Assembly: GCA_039586365.1 (NCBI GenBank)
Contig: JBDHKN010000037.1
Coordinates: forward strand, 10,846-74,845
Reading direction: 5' to 3'
Source of the DNA: Gemmatimonadota bacterium
GTDB lineage: Bacteria; Gemmatimonadota; Gemmatimonadetes; Gemmatimonadales; GWC2-71-9
DNA length: 64,000 bases
Position 1 is the stretch's first letter, and each line of letters starts with the position of its first letter. The notes beneath the pieces were generated by a model, which was given only the letters and a program-made list of their open reading frames with translations, was not told where the DNA came from and made no database searches. Position numbers and translations under genes: made by a program. This document shows, in pieces, positions 51,049-60,132 of this stretch.

Positions 51049-51518
51049 CCTAATCGAACTCGAGGTGTGTTCTGCTGGCTCTTCGTACCGGAGACATGCT
51101 CGCCTGCCGCGCCCCGAGCTGCACCTCTGGGTATGCCTTCATGCCTGGTGCAGCGACGACACACGCAGGCCGAGCTGGTTCTGATGATACGTCGCAAGCC
51201 GCACGGGTTAGCCACGTTGCGCAAGATCACCCGGCGGTTGTCTGGCAAAGGCGAGCAGCCACTCGATATCAACCTTGAAGTGCAACAAGTTGTGTCGGCG
51301 TAGAAGCGTTTGTCACGTTGTATGAATTCCCTGGTGATGCCAGACTTCATTGGCCATCCATCTTCGTCTCTCTTCCGCGAGGTCTGGGTGGCAACGGCTC
51401 GAGTTGACAACACCGCGGCGCCGTAGCTCTTTTGCGTATCCGTTTCTTTGCCGCCAAGGCGGCTGTGACCGGCTGTCTCTAGAGGCCGGTCGATGTCCGG
51501 TTGCGAGGGAGCTGGCCC

Positions 51519-53192
51519 ATGTCCTTGTTCAAGAATCGTCCCCACCATCTGCTCGGCGCCGCGCTGCTCGCGGTCTCGCTCTTGGCCGGCACGTCGTGCG
51601 GTGCAGGTGAGGAGCACTTCGACGTCGTCGAGGCTACCATCACCGAGATGCAGCGCGCGATGGAGGAAGGGCGCGTTACCTCGCGTGAATTGGTCGAGGC
51701 CCACCTGCTGCGTTACGCTCTATACGAGGAGCGCGTGAACGCGGCGATCGCGATCAACGCGAACGCGCTGGCGGAGGCGGACCGACTCGACGAGGAGCGC
51801 GCTGAAGGGCGCGTGCGCGGCCTGCTACACGGCATCCCCGTCGCACTCAAGGACAATGTCCACACCACCCACATGCCGACCACCGGAGGCGCGCTGGCCT
51901 TCGAGGGCTTCGTCCCTCCGTACGAGGCCACGTTGACGGCTAACCTCCGTGAGGCTGGTGCCATCATTCTCGCGAAGACGGTGATGACCGAACTGGCAAA
52001 CTACATCGCGTCAGGCATGCCCGGTAATTACAGCGCGGTTGGGGACTTCGGCCTTAACCCGTACGACCCCCGCCGTGATCCGCGGGAGGGCCGCAACGAC
52101 GGCCGCCCCGTGATGGGCACGGGTGGCTCGAGTTCCGGCATCGGCACCGCGATGAGCTTCTGGGCCGGGAACGTGGGTACCGAGACCTCGGGCTCGATCC
52201 TGTCGCCGGCCAACGCGAACATGCTGGCGGCGATCAAGCCGACCGTCGGGCGTGTGAGCCGCTATGGCGTGATCCCAATCACGGCCGATCAGGACATCGC
52301 CGGCCCCATGGCGCGAACCGTCACCGACGCGGCGATCTTACTCGGGGCCCTGGAGGGTGCGGAGCCCGATCCGAATGACGCCGCAACGCAGCGTTGTGAG
52401 CCTCCGCCGAACGGAGATTACACCGCGTTCCTCAGGGCCGACGGGCTGCAGGGGACCCGCATCGGCATTCCTAGAGCCTCGTATTACGACTCCGTTCAGG
52501 TCCCCGGAACCGATCGGTTCCGCGGTGGGCTGTCGGATGAGGGTAGGGCCCTGATGGCCGAGGTCATCGAGATCCTCGAGGCACAGGGAGCGACGATCGT
52601 CGATCCGGCCGACATCCCGAGCGTGGTCGACCCCGATGCCGAGAACAACCTGCTCGTAAACGGACGTAGCAGCGTGCTCAGTTACGGCATGAAGCGGGAT
52701 TTCAACGCGTGGCTCGCGACGCTGGGCGAGTCCGCACCCGTCAAGACACTGACGGAGCTGCGCGAGTGGAACCTGGCTCACGAGCAGGCTGGCGCGCTCA
52801 AGTATGGTCAGGCCCGGCTCGATGAATCCGACGAGATCGATCTGGAGGACGACCGTGCCGAGTACGAGGCCGATCGCGCGCGGGACCTGCGCCTGAACGG
52901 CGAGCACGGGATCGACGAGGTGATGACCAACCTGGAGTTGGACGCGCTTCTATTCCCGGGGTCGAGCGGCGCCGGCATCGCGGCCCGGCCTGGCTACCCG
53001 ACCGTGATCGTACCATTTGGTTTCCTCGAATCCGCCGGCGGCACACCGATGCCGGAAGGGTTCGACGCGAAGCCACGGCCCTTTGGCGTTAGCTTCACCG
53101 GGATGGCGTGCAGCGAGCCTCGGCTACTCGAGCTGGCTTATGCGTTCGAGCAGGCGACGCAGCGACGGGTCGCGCCTCCCGGAATGCCGTAG
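51519..53192 (+). CDS. Amidase signature family protein (secreted/lipoprotein)
   Basis: LHGIPVALKDN, GGSSSG, VGTETSGSI, IKPTVG, GPMARTV. Confidence 0.93.
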   Translation: MSLFKNRPHHLLGAALLAVSLLAGTSCGAGEEHFDVVEATITEMQRAMEEGRVTSRELVEAHLLRYALYEERVNAAIAINANALAEADRLDEERAEGRVRGLLHGIPVALKDNVHTTHMPTTGGALAFEGFVPPYEATLTANLREAGAIILAKTVMTELANYIASGMPGNYSAVGDFGLNPYDPRRDPREGRNDGRPVMGTGGSSSGIGTAMSFWAGNVGTETSGSILSPANANMLAAIKPTVGRVSRYGVIPITADQDIAGPMARTVTDAAILLGALEGAEPDPNDAATQRCEPPPNGDYTAFLRADGLQGTRIGIPRASYYDSVQVPGTDRFRGGLSDEGRALMAEVIEILEAQGATIVDPADIPSVVDPDAENNLLVNGRSSVLSYGMKRDFNAWLATLGESAPVKTLTELREWNLAHEQAGALKYGQARLDESDEIDLEDDRAEYEADRARDLRLNGEHGIDEVMTNLELDALLFPGSSGAGIAARPGYPTVIVPFGFLESAGGTPMPEGFDAKPRPFGVSFTGMACSEPRLLELAYAFEQATQRRVAPPGMP

Positions 53193-53202
53193 CGGTCCTG
53201 GC

Positions 53203-53338
53203 GGTATTGTCAAGCTGAGCTCCTGCGGGTCCGCTCCTTCGAAGCTTGGAGTGCGGCTACGGGCATCTGACAATCGCGCACCAGCGATCGCCAACGACTA
53301 CCTTAACTCACGTCCCATCGCGTTAAGATGACAGTACC
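53203..53338. mobile_element. MITE copy 2, inverted relative to copy 1
   Basis: Ends GGTATTGTCAAGCTGA / TTAAGATGACAGTACC; its reverse complement shares GACGTGA(A/G)TTAAGGTAGTCG with copy 1. Confidence 0.7.
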
Positions 53339-53344
53339 CTTACT

Positions 53345-54304
53345 GTGGGTGAACGCCTCATGCCAGCTACCTCTGTTCCACGCCCGGCGGGAAAGACCCA
53401 GACCTTCCTCGCCATCTTTCTCCTGGCGGGGTGCTCCCCCTCCCCCTCGCCCTTCGCGAGCGAGGATCTTCGCAGCTTCTATCCAGGGGTGCCGAGGATC
53501 GTGGCGGTGGGTGATCTCCACGGGGACCTGGAGGCGGCTCGGCGGGCTCTGAGCCTTGCCGGGGCCATGGACGCGGCCGGGCACTGGTCCGGGGGCCGAC
53601 TGGTCCTGGTCCAGACCGGGGACATCCTCGACCGGGGGGATCAGGAGCCCGAAATGCTGGACCTCTTCGATTCCCTAGCCGCCGAGGCCCGGGCCCGCGG
53701 GGGGGCCGTCCTCCTCCTGAACGGCAACCATGAGCTCATGAACACGTACCAGGACTTCCGGTACGTCACCGATGACGGGTTCGCGGACTACGCCGGCACA
53801 CCTCCGCCTGCATTCCCGGATTCCGCGTTCCTAGCGCTGGACGCCGCGCATCAGGGACGGGCCGCGGCCTTCCTCCCAGGGGGACCGATGGCCCGGCGCC
53901 TCGCCCGGCGGAACACGGCGGTGGCGGTGGGAAACACTCTTTTCGTCCACGGCGGGATCCTCCCGGCCAACGTGGATCTGAAACTGGATTCCCTGAACGC
54001 ACGGATCCGGGCATGGCTCCTGGGAGACGCCCCCCAACCCGAATGGATCCGGGGCGACGAGAGTCCAGTCTGGAACCGCGTGTACTCCAATGCGCCGGGG
54101 CAGGGCGCCTGCGATACCCTTTCGAACGTCCTCGAACGACTGGGCATGGCCCGGATGGTGGTGGGGCACACCGTCCAGCGGACGGGCATCACCGCTTTCT
54201 GCGGAGGGAGGGTTTGGGCCATCGACGTGGGGATGGCCCGGCACTACGGTGGCCGGCCCGAGGTTTTGGAGATCCGGGAAGACGTCGTTCGAAGCCTGAG
54301 GTGA
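53345..54304 (+). CDS. Metallophosphoesterase (Shewanella-like phosphatase), lipoprotein
   Basis: GDLHGD, GDILDRG, GNHE, FVHGG, VGHT, IDVG motifs; LAGC lipobox. Confidence 0.92.
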   Translation: MGERLMPATSVPRPAGKTQTFLAIFLLAGCSPSPSPFASEDLRSFYPGVPRIVAVGDLHGDLEAARRALSLAGAMDAAGHWSGGRLVLVQTGDILDRGDQEPEMLDLFDSLAAEARARGGAVLLLNGNHELMNTYQDFRYVTDDGFADYAGTPPPAFPDSAFLALDAAHQGRAAAFLPGGPMARRLARRNTAVAVGNTLFVHGGILPANVDLKLDSLNARIRAWLLGDAPQPEWIRGDESPVWNRVYSNAPGQGACDTLSNVLERLGMARMVVGHTVQRTGITAFCGGRVWAIDVGMARHYGGRPEVLEIREDVVRSLR

Positions 54305-54437
54305 GGAGCCCCTCAGGGTACTACCTCAGAGATGCATTGGCCGGTGGCGTGACAGGTTGGACATGAAGCAGTAAGCAGGCGGGGCCGAACTCGCGGCTGG
54401 CCAAACGGAGAAAGTGACGGCCACTCCACACGCAAAG

Positions 54438-54650
54438 CTAGAGACAGAACGCCATCCCCCATGCATTGTCCTCTGGGGGGAGCTTACATCTGTTGGGGGA
54501 ACAGCAGCCAGGGCCAGTACTATGGCATACCGCATCCTTCGTCAAGCAACGGGCTGTCGGGGCTGTTGGCTCCATGCACCCTGTGGTCGTAGGCGCAGCA
54601 AACATCACGCTGAGTATGAGAGCCAAGAGTACTATTCGCGTCCGTTTCAC
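54438..54650 (-). CDS. Secreted six-Cys knottin/conotoxin-like peptide
   Basis: Signal peptide then C-x6-C-x6-CC-x4-C-x13-C; GTG start at 54650 (or TTG at 54662). Confidence 0.65.
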   Translation of the reverse strand: MKRTRIVLLALILSVMFAAPTTTGCMEPTAPTARCLTKDAVCHSTGPGCCSPNRCKLPPEDNAWGMAFCL

Positions 54651-54942
54651 GGAGTCTTCCAAGCACGGTACAACGTCAAGTTGGCCTGGAGGTGTCAGAG
54701 GACCGTCAACACTTGTAGCTCAGATGTGTAGCCAATTCACCTGCAGCCTTGTGGGATTGCCAAGCAAATTGGGCCGAACTTGCGCCCGGCCCCAATACAT
54801 AAAGCCCCGAGCGCCCCGAGACGCCCGGGGGACCTGCGCTGACCCGAAAGACATTCCTTCCTGGTGTTAGACGGCTCCAGGCATCAAACGCAAAAGTGAC
54901 AACGCTACCAATGCGAACGCGGTCGTCAACTGGGGGGAGTGG

Positions 54943-55578
54943 ATGCGACCGGGCGCCGCTTCGAACGAGGGATTTCTCGCGCCCGGGGAATCTCTCCGGG
55001 ACGTCATCCACCGCGATGAGCAGACTCTCCAAAGAGTGAAGGTAGAGCCGGAGCGCATCGCTGACCACATGGAGGAAATCATCGGCAAGGCCTGCCGTAT
55101 CGAACTGGCCGATCTTAGGAATGGTGGCTACGGCAACCATAGAGAGAAAGTGCGACAGTGGCACTGCTCTACGTGTGGGTGGCAATCGCGTATTGGCGAT
55201 GAGAGCGATTGGGACGGACGGAATTGCCCGCGCTGTGGGGACAAGCTTCGTAGGCGGTTCACGCGGGCACCGTGGATTGTAGTTGACGGCAGATGGAGAG
55301 TCACAGGATTCGACGTGGTAAAGATGGGTCACCAGGAGTGTCCGTTTGAGGATGTACGAGGCGTTGCCTGCGATTAGTACAAACTGCCAAGTGATTGGAC
55401 CCATGGATCTCAGGACCTGGCGATCACCAACATTGTCAGTGGAGCCGCCCTTGGTGTTCCCAAACTGTCAATTCACCTGATCCGTGACCATCACTTCTTT
55501 GAGGGTAGTGTCCCGTATCGTGTCGATCCTGAACTGGCAGTTGCGGTTCTGGAAATACGAGAGCCGCTGCGGGGCTAG
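54943..55578 (+). pseudogene. Hypothetical protein with Zn-ribbon insert, split by an in-frame TAG at 55375-55377
   Basis: MRPG..S..GFL...GHQECPF, then after the TAG the same frame gives ...HLIRDHHFFEGSVPYRVDPELAVAVL. Confidence 0.7.
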
Positions 55579-55641
55579 ATGTGTGGTTGGGGTTAGTCGC
55601 CGTCCAACACATTGGTAGATGGTGGAACAGGAGGCGAGATC

Positions 55642-56058
55642 ATGACCGATATGTCGGAGTTCCGCCACCTAGCGGGATTGACCACAACTCTCAAGGTCTT
55701 TCTCGGGTTTTACGTTGCGATAGCAGCAATCGGCCTCTGGTCCGGCTGGTTGGAAATCGATCTTTTGCGGCGGATCGCAGATGGTGCAGTTGTCTCTGAG
55801 AGCGAAGCTGCGGCAAATGACTCGCGGCAAGCACTCATCGGCGGGCTTTACCTCCTCGTCTGGTTGGTCATAGCGGTTGTCTTCTTGCGGTGGACGTATC
55901 TATCGAACAGGAATGTCAGAGCCCTGGGTGCTGATGGTCTAGAGTTCACTCCCGGCTGGGCTGTCGGATGGTACTTAATTCCGATTGCGAATCTGTGGAA
56001 GCCCCACCAGGCTCTGAAGGAGATCTTCAGGGCCTCGCATCCCGACTTCCCCCTCTGA
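55642..56058 (+). pseudogene. DUF4328 membrane protein, 3' truncated
   Basis: FLRWTY..NRN, TPGWAVGWYLIPIANLWKP; stops right after this motif at a repeat junction. Confidence 0.7.
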
Positions 56059-56066
56059 GCTTAGCA

Positions 56067-56135
56067 AATCCAGCGGTACGGCCTGCCAAGTATTTGCAGC
56101 ACTCGGCGGGAAAGCACCACGCCCGGCGCGGGGCC
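56067..56135. repeat. 69-bp upstream element, copy 2
   Basis: See 45344-45412. Confidence 0.75.
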
Positions 56136-56228
56136 GTTCCGCCGTGATGGCCCTCATTGCTTGACTGCCCAGCGTCGCTGCATCCTATTACGGGCGCATC
56201 GCTCGACAACACAACTGGCGGATCTATC

Positions 56229-56522
56229 ATGGAGACCGTTCTCTTAATCGTGGTCGCTGCCGGTGGACTCGTTGGTGTTGGGGTCCTCGGCGTCTTTGGT
56301 TTGACCCTGGTGGACCGACTCAAATCGGCGCCGACCGATTCCAGAATGCTCCACCAGAAGCTCGCTGATCTTGAGCGGCGGCTGATGGAGACAGAAGAGC
56401 ACCTGGCGCAGTTGTCTCGGTCCAACGAGCAGATTCTCGAACTTGACGAGAGACTCGAATTCGCAGAGCGCCTTCTTCAGCAGATACGGAACAGGGATAG
56501 GCTCCCGCCTACTAACTCCTAG
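56229..56522 (+). CDS. Single-TM coiled-coil hypothetical protein
   Basis: ELDERLEFAERLL motif; paralog of 10915-11238. Confidence 0.75.
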   Translation: METVLLIVVAAGGLVGVGVLGVFGLTLVDRLKSAPTDSRMLHQKLADLERRLMETEEHLAQLSRSNEQILELDERLEFAERLLQQIRNRDRLPPTNS

Positions 56523-56640
56523 TACGAACCGCTCCAGCATCGCTCAGACTGCCGTCCGATCGTCGGCTTCGTGGGTGCCACGGGTATCGGCCTGGTCATC
56601 GGAAGGACGATCCCGTGAAGAGCCCATTTCCCATCGTTGT

Positions 56641-56870
56641 TTGCTGGCCCACGAGGCCCGTTTGCCGGTTCACAAGCGTCGCTTGCAGCGGTGCACCCGA
56701 CGTTCGCAACCATACCTCCGCCGAGTGCAACCTTCCAGCGGGTGTGTGCAACGGTACAAACCGCACGGACGGCCTTGTATGTGTCGTTTGCAGCGTTACA
56801 CAGGCGTTGGGCCGATTTTCATATGGGTGTTGCGGGCCTGCAAACATCGTTGGTGGCTCGGTATGGCCAC
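56641..56870. repeat. Degenerate 21-bp-period repeat tract
   Basis: TTGCAG/GTGCAA-like cores at 56641, 56662, 56683, 56704, 56725, 56746, 56788 and 56830. Confidence 0.6.
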
Positions 56871-57042
56871 GCTTTTCCCGGCATTTCCTGAGTCGCCGGC
56901 CATATGTCGTGGTCTTGCTGGCGCGTCCTCCGGTGGAAGACGTGCGATACCGCGGAGTGTGGCCGGCGGTTCACGTTGGTTCCCCCATTCACATCTCACA
57001 AGGAGGTACCCTATGCCTCGGTTCCCCCGAACCGAGCCAGAG

Positions 57043-57648
57043 ATCGATGTCCGCTCTGTGGTCTATGTGTGAATCAGCAGCGGCCTGTTCCGGCGACATG
57101 TATGCGGGCGTGCCGAGTGCAACACCCTCCGTAGTCAACTGCTGACGGCCTGTGGCTTCACTCGCAACCTTGGCAACGCCAAAGTCAGTCACCAATGCGT
57201 GACGTTCTGACAAGAGCACGTTGTCTGGCTTGATGTCCCTATGCACGACTCCGTGCTGGTGGGCGTGATCGAGCGCGTCAACGACGTCTTTCAGGATCCG
57301 GACAGCCGCACCGACAGGCAGTTCACCCTCCTTCGCCAGCTTGTCCCGCAAAGACTCGCCTTCGATGTACGGCATCACGTAGTACAGAAAGCCGTCAGCT
57401 TCACCGGAGTCTTAGAGAGGCAGGATGTGAGGGTGATGCAGATTGGCCGCGATCTTGATCTCTTGGTGGAACCGCTCGGGACCCAACGCGGCTGCCAGTT
57501 CTGGACGAAGGACCTTGACCGCGACCTTGCGTTCGTGCTTGCGGTCATGTGCGAGGTAGACCGTCGCCATCCCACCGCTACCGAGCTCTCGCTCGATCCG
57601 GTGGCGGTCAGCCAGCGCAGCTTTGAGGCGGTCCAGAATGTCGGCCAC
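57043..57648 (-). pseudogene. Ser/Thr kinase pseudogene (in-frame TAA at 57412-57414; truncated after DHRADI)
   Basis: ADILDRLKAALADR...HILPL*DSGEADGFLYYVMP...HRDIKPDN...DFG...GTPAYMSPEQ. Confidence 0.9.
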
Positions 57649-57676
57649 AGGGACGGCTCCCGATTGGCGACCAAGC

Positions 57677-57708
57677 TAAGGTATGGGTTGTTGGCAGGGA
57701 GGGCCAGA
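57677..57708 (-). promoter_or_regulatory. Conserved kinase promoter motif TCTGGCC-N18-TACCTTA
   Basis: Same motif and spacing at 58444-58475 and 63224-63255. Confidence 0.65.
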
Positions 57709-57882
57709 TTGGGCGGCATTGCGTTGTGGTGACGCGTACAAAGCCGCATTGAGTGGGACGCCGGCGAGTTAAATAACCATCAGGCGTCCGAGGTGAGATT
57801 CGCGCCAGTCACCCCACGCCTCCAGTTGAGGATCCCAACGAACTGAGCCTCCGGCCACCCCGGGGCGATTCGCTATCTGTGC

Positions 57883-58308
57883 CTACTTCGGACGTAGGAA
57901 TGCAGTCGTAACGACCGTAACTCCCGTGAGGAAATCAACTGCAGCACAGACGAACAGTAGTATCGACGCGGATTGCATCGAGGGACCATGTCCTTGGTAG
58001 GCAGAAGCTGCGTCGGCAAGGGCGAGTCCCAAAAACAAGACGACAAGTCCTACGATAACAAGAACGGATGTCGAGATCCAACTTCGACTCTTTGACCTGA
58101 CGGCAATGAAGGCGAGAGTCAAGGCCGAGAGAAGATTCAGGCTGATATTGAGCCAAAAGGCCAGCACGGCTCTCTCTGGAGTGGCGCCACGAGAAACCTC
58201 AGCTTTGACCGGCTCAATGACGCCCAGTGCCAGCACCAAGGCTACGACAACGGCAATAACCGCGCAGACCAAGAGCATTCGTCGGAAGAGCAAAGGGTCG
58301 AGCTTCAT
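57883..58308 (-). CDS. Four-TM hypothetical membrane protein
   Basis: GGAGG RBS before MKLDP; four hydrophobic helices. Confidence 0.75.
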   Translation of the reverse strand: MKLDPLLFRRMLLVCAVIAVVVALVLALGVIEPVKAEVSRGATPERAVLAFWLNISLNLLSALTLAFIAVRSKSRSWISTSVLVIVGLVVLFLGLALADAASAYQGHGPSMQSASILLFVCAAVDFLTGVTVVTTAFLRPK

Positions 58309-58349
58309 GAGTCCTCCAAACAGGCCACCCGTAGTAGAGGAAGCCGTCG

Positions 58350-58418
58350 TCATCGCTCTCGCTCGATCCGGTAGCGATCAGCCAGCGCTGCTTTGAGGCG
58401 GTCCAGAATGTCGGCCAT
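58350..58418 (-). pseudogene. 22-codon kinase N-terminal stump
   Basis: MADILDRLKAALADRYRIERER*. Confidence 0.85.
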
Positions 58419-58443
58419 ACGGCGACTCCCCTGGGTTCTGCTC

Positions 58444-58475
58444 TAAGCTACGATTCGTGGTAGGAATCGGCCAGA
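58444..58475 (-). promoter_or_regulatory. Conserved kinase promoter motif TCTGGCC-N18-TAGCTTA
   Basis: Matches 57677-57708 and 63224-63255. Confidence 0.65.
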
Positions 58476-58516
58476 TAGCCGTCTGCGGGGATTGCGGGGC
58501 TTTTTTCGGCTATCTG

Positions 58517-59090
58517 TTACAGAGAGAACAACACTCTCGATTTACAGGAAAACGAATCCGCCTGTTTGTCAGAGTCGTCTGAGAACAACGGCTCCGGTGT
58601 ACCCGTGCCATCCGCGCGCACGCGATAGAGGTCAAGTTTACCGCCACCGCGAAACGAGCTGAACATCACGCTTTGTCCGTCGGGCGCCCAGATCGGCCAA
58701 AAGTCGCCAGCACCGGCATCGGTTAGTGGTTGTACGCTCTGTCGGGCTCCGTCGTACATCCAAAGTCGTGAAGCCGCCTGCCCGCCCGACAGGCCCGAGG
58801 GATCAGGTCCCCAGTACACTATCCGGTCTCCCTCCGGGGACAACTGAGGCCCCCACGCCGTCCAGTTACCCACCTCGAAAGGGATTCTCTCCATCAAACC
58901 CGACCAATCCACCATGTATATCGAAGTCCGAACATCCGGCACCGGCCCGGGCGCATATACGAGTGTACCGGACTCGGAGATCTCGTACAGCATCGTGAAG
59001 GTCATGCTGAAGAGAGAATCGAGCACAGGTGCAGGCGAGCCCACGATCGTCGACCGCTCGACATCGTACGGAACCGCCCAGAGCTGGCCC
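58517..59090 (-). pseudogene. Internal fragment of a TolB/PD40 beta-propeller (kinase C-terminal type)
   Basis: GQLWAVPYDV...ISESGTLVY...PQLSPEG...PIWAPDG; lacks a start and a proper end. Confidence 0.7.
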
Positions 59091-59644
59091 TTACGCCCCT
59101 GCTTCTTCTTTTGCCGTCAACTGGACTTGTAGGACAATCCGAACCGCACCCTGTCGTGCCGGGATCGCGGGTCCGCGTCACCGGAATCTGTGCCGAGGAG
59201 GAGTACGCGCCGAGACGAGTCCGAAAAGTCTGTCCCAAGAACAGGGGTACGGTCCTCGCGATTGGGGCTGACGCTCTAGTGCTGCAGTCAGAGGAGACCG
59301 GAGATAGCGTCGTTATGCTACTCGGTTCTGTATCACGCCTTGATTTGCATTCAGGCCGTAGGTCAGCGGAGCTGAAGGGGCTTTTCATAGGAACTGGGAT
59401 TGGAGCGGTGGTCGGCATGGTTGGTGGCATGCTCTGCGATGATCGGTCACTCGTCATGAGCCAATGCAATCCACTTGAGACTAACGCCAGAGGCGCGGTT
59501 GTGGGCGCTGCGTTCGGCAGCCTCATCGGATTGTTCGCTACCGCCGACCGTTGGGAGCGGATTCCCCTCGACCAACTACGGGTGCAACCTCTGGTGACAA
59601 CCGGCGGACGATTAGGACTCATGGGGTCGATTCGGTTGTGGTAG
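59085..59644 (+). pseudogene. Secreted hypothetical protein (glycine-zipper-like) lacking its start
   Basis: Residual signal core LALTPLLLLLPSTGLVG; GSRVRV, GAVVG motifs, RWERIPL. Confidence 0.55.
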
Positions 59645-59775
59645 CCAGACTCAGATGTCTCGCGGCGCTCGGGGCTTTGTCTTGCGGACCAGTGTACCTG
59701 GCTGCAAGCTATTGTGTCGCCCTCCAGCCACTGAATGGACAGTAAACGCCGGTGGCCTTCGTGGCCCCGCCGCCT

Positions 59776-59850
59776 GAGTAGACGCCATAGCTGGACGCCG
59801 TTGCAGACGCCGCAACAAGACGCCGCAGTAGACGCCACAGTAAGACGCCC
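59776..59850. repeat. Six GACGCC direct repeats with alternating 13/12 spacing
   Basis: GACGCC at 59781, 59794, 59806, 59819, 59831 and 59844. Confidence 0.8.
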
Positions 59851-59920
59851 GCCCGACGACGAGACCACGTTGTTAGCCGACTGGAACCATCATATCAGGC
59901 AAGACAATAGGGGCAGGCCA

Positions 59921-60058
59921 ATGAAGCTCAGCGCGCTCATGGTCGTTAACGCGATCGTCGCCATTGTGTTTGGGCTAGCGTTCCCTCTCGCTCCGGGCCA
60001 GGTCACCTCACTCTGCTGGCCCGCGTCGGCCTATCCCACCAATCACCTAAGTGACTAG
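59921..60058 (+). pseudogene. Truncated membrane protein
   Basis: MKLSALMVVNAIVAIVFGLAFPLAPGQ followed by abrupt unrelated-looking sequence. Confidence 0.5.
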
Positions 60059-60132
60059 CAGCTCGATCTACGAGCACGCGATTCTGACTCACGCGGCTCT
60101 GCGTGCGATCCCCAAGTGAAGGGAGAAGACGG

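Noticed and set aside
51025..51060. dif/XerCD site suggested by TGTCAACT
   Set aside because: No XerC arm; better explained as a MITE terminal repeat
54780..54875. Integron attC site (GTTAGAC present)
   Set aside because: No matching RYYYAAC inverse core or long palindrome; no integrase in the window
58300..59630. Apparent repeat GGACTCATG between 58305 and 59620
   Set aside because: Short match explained by an RBS/start context; likely chance
59776..59850. CRISPR array
   Set aside because: Repeat is only 6 bp with 6-7 bp spacers; no cas genes
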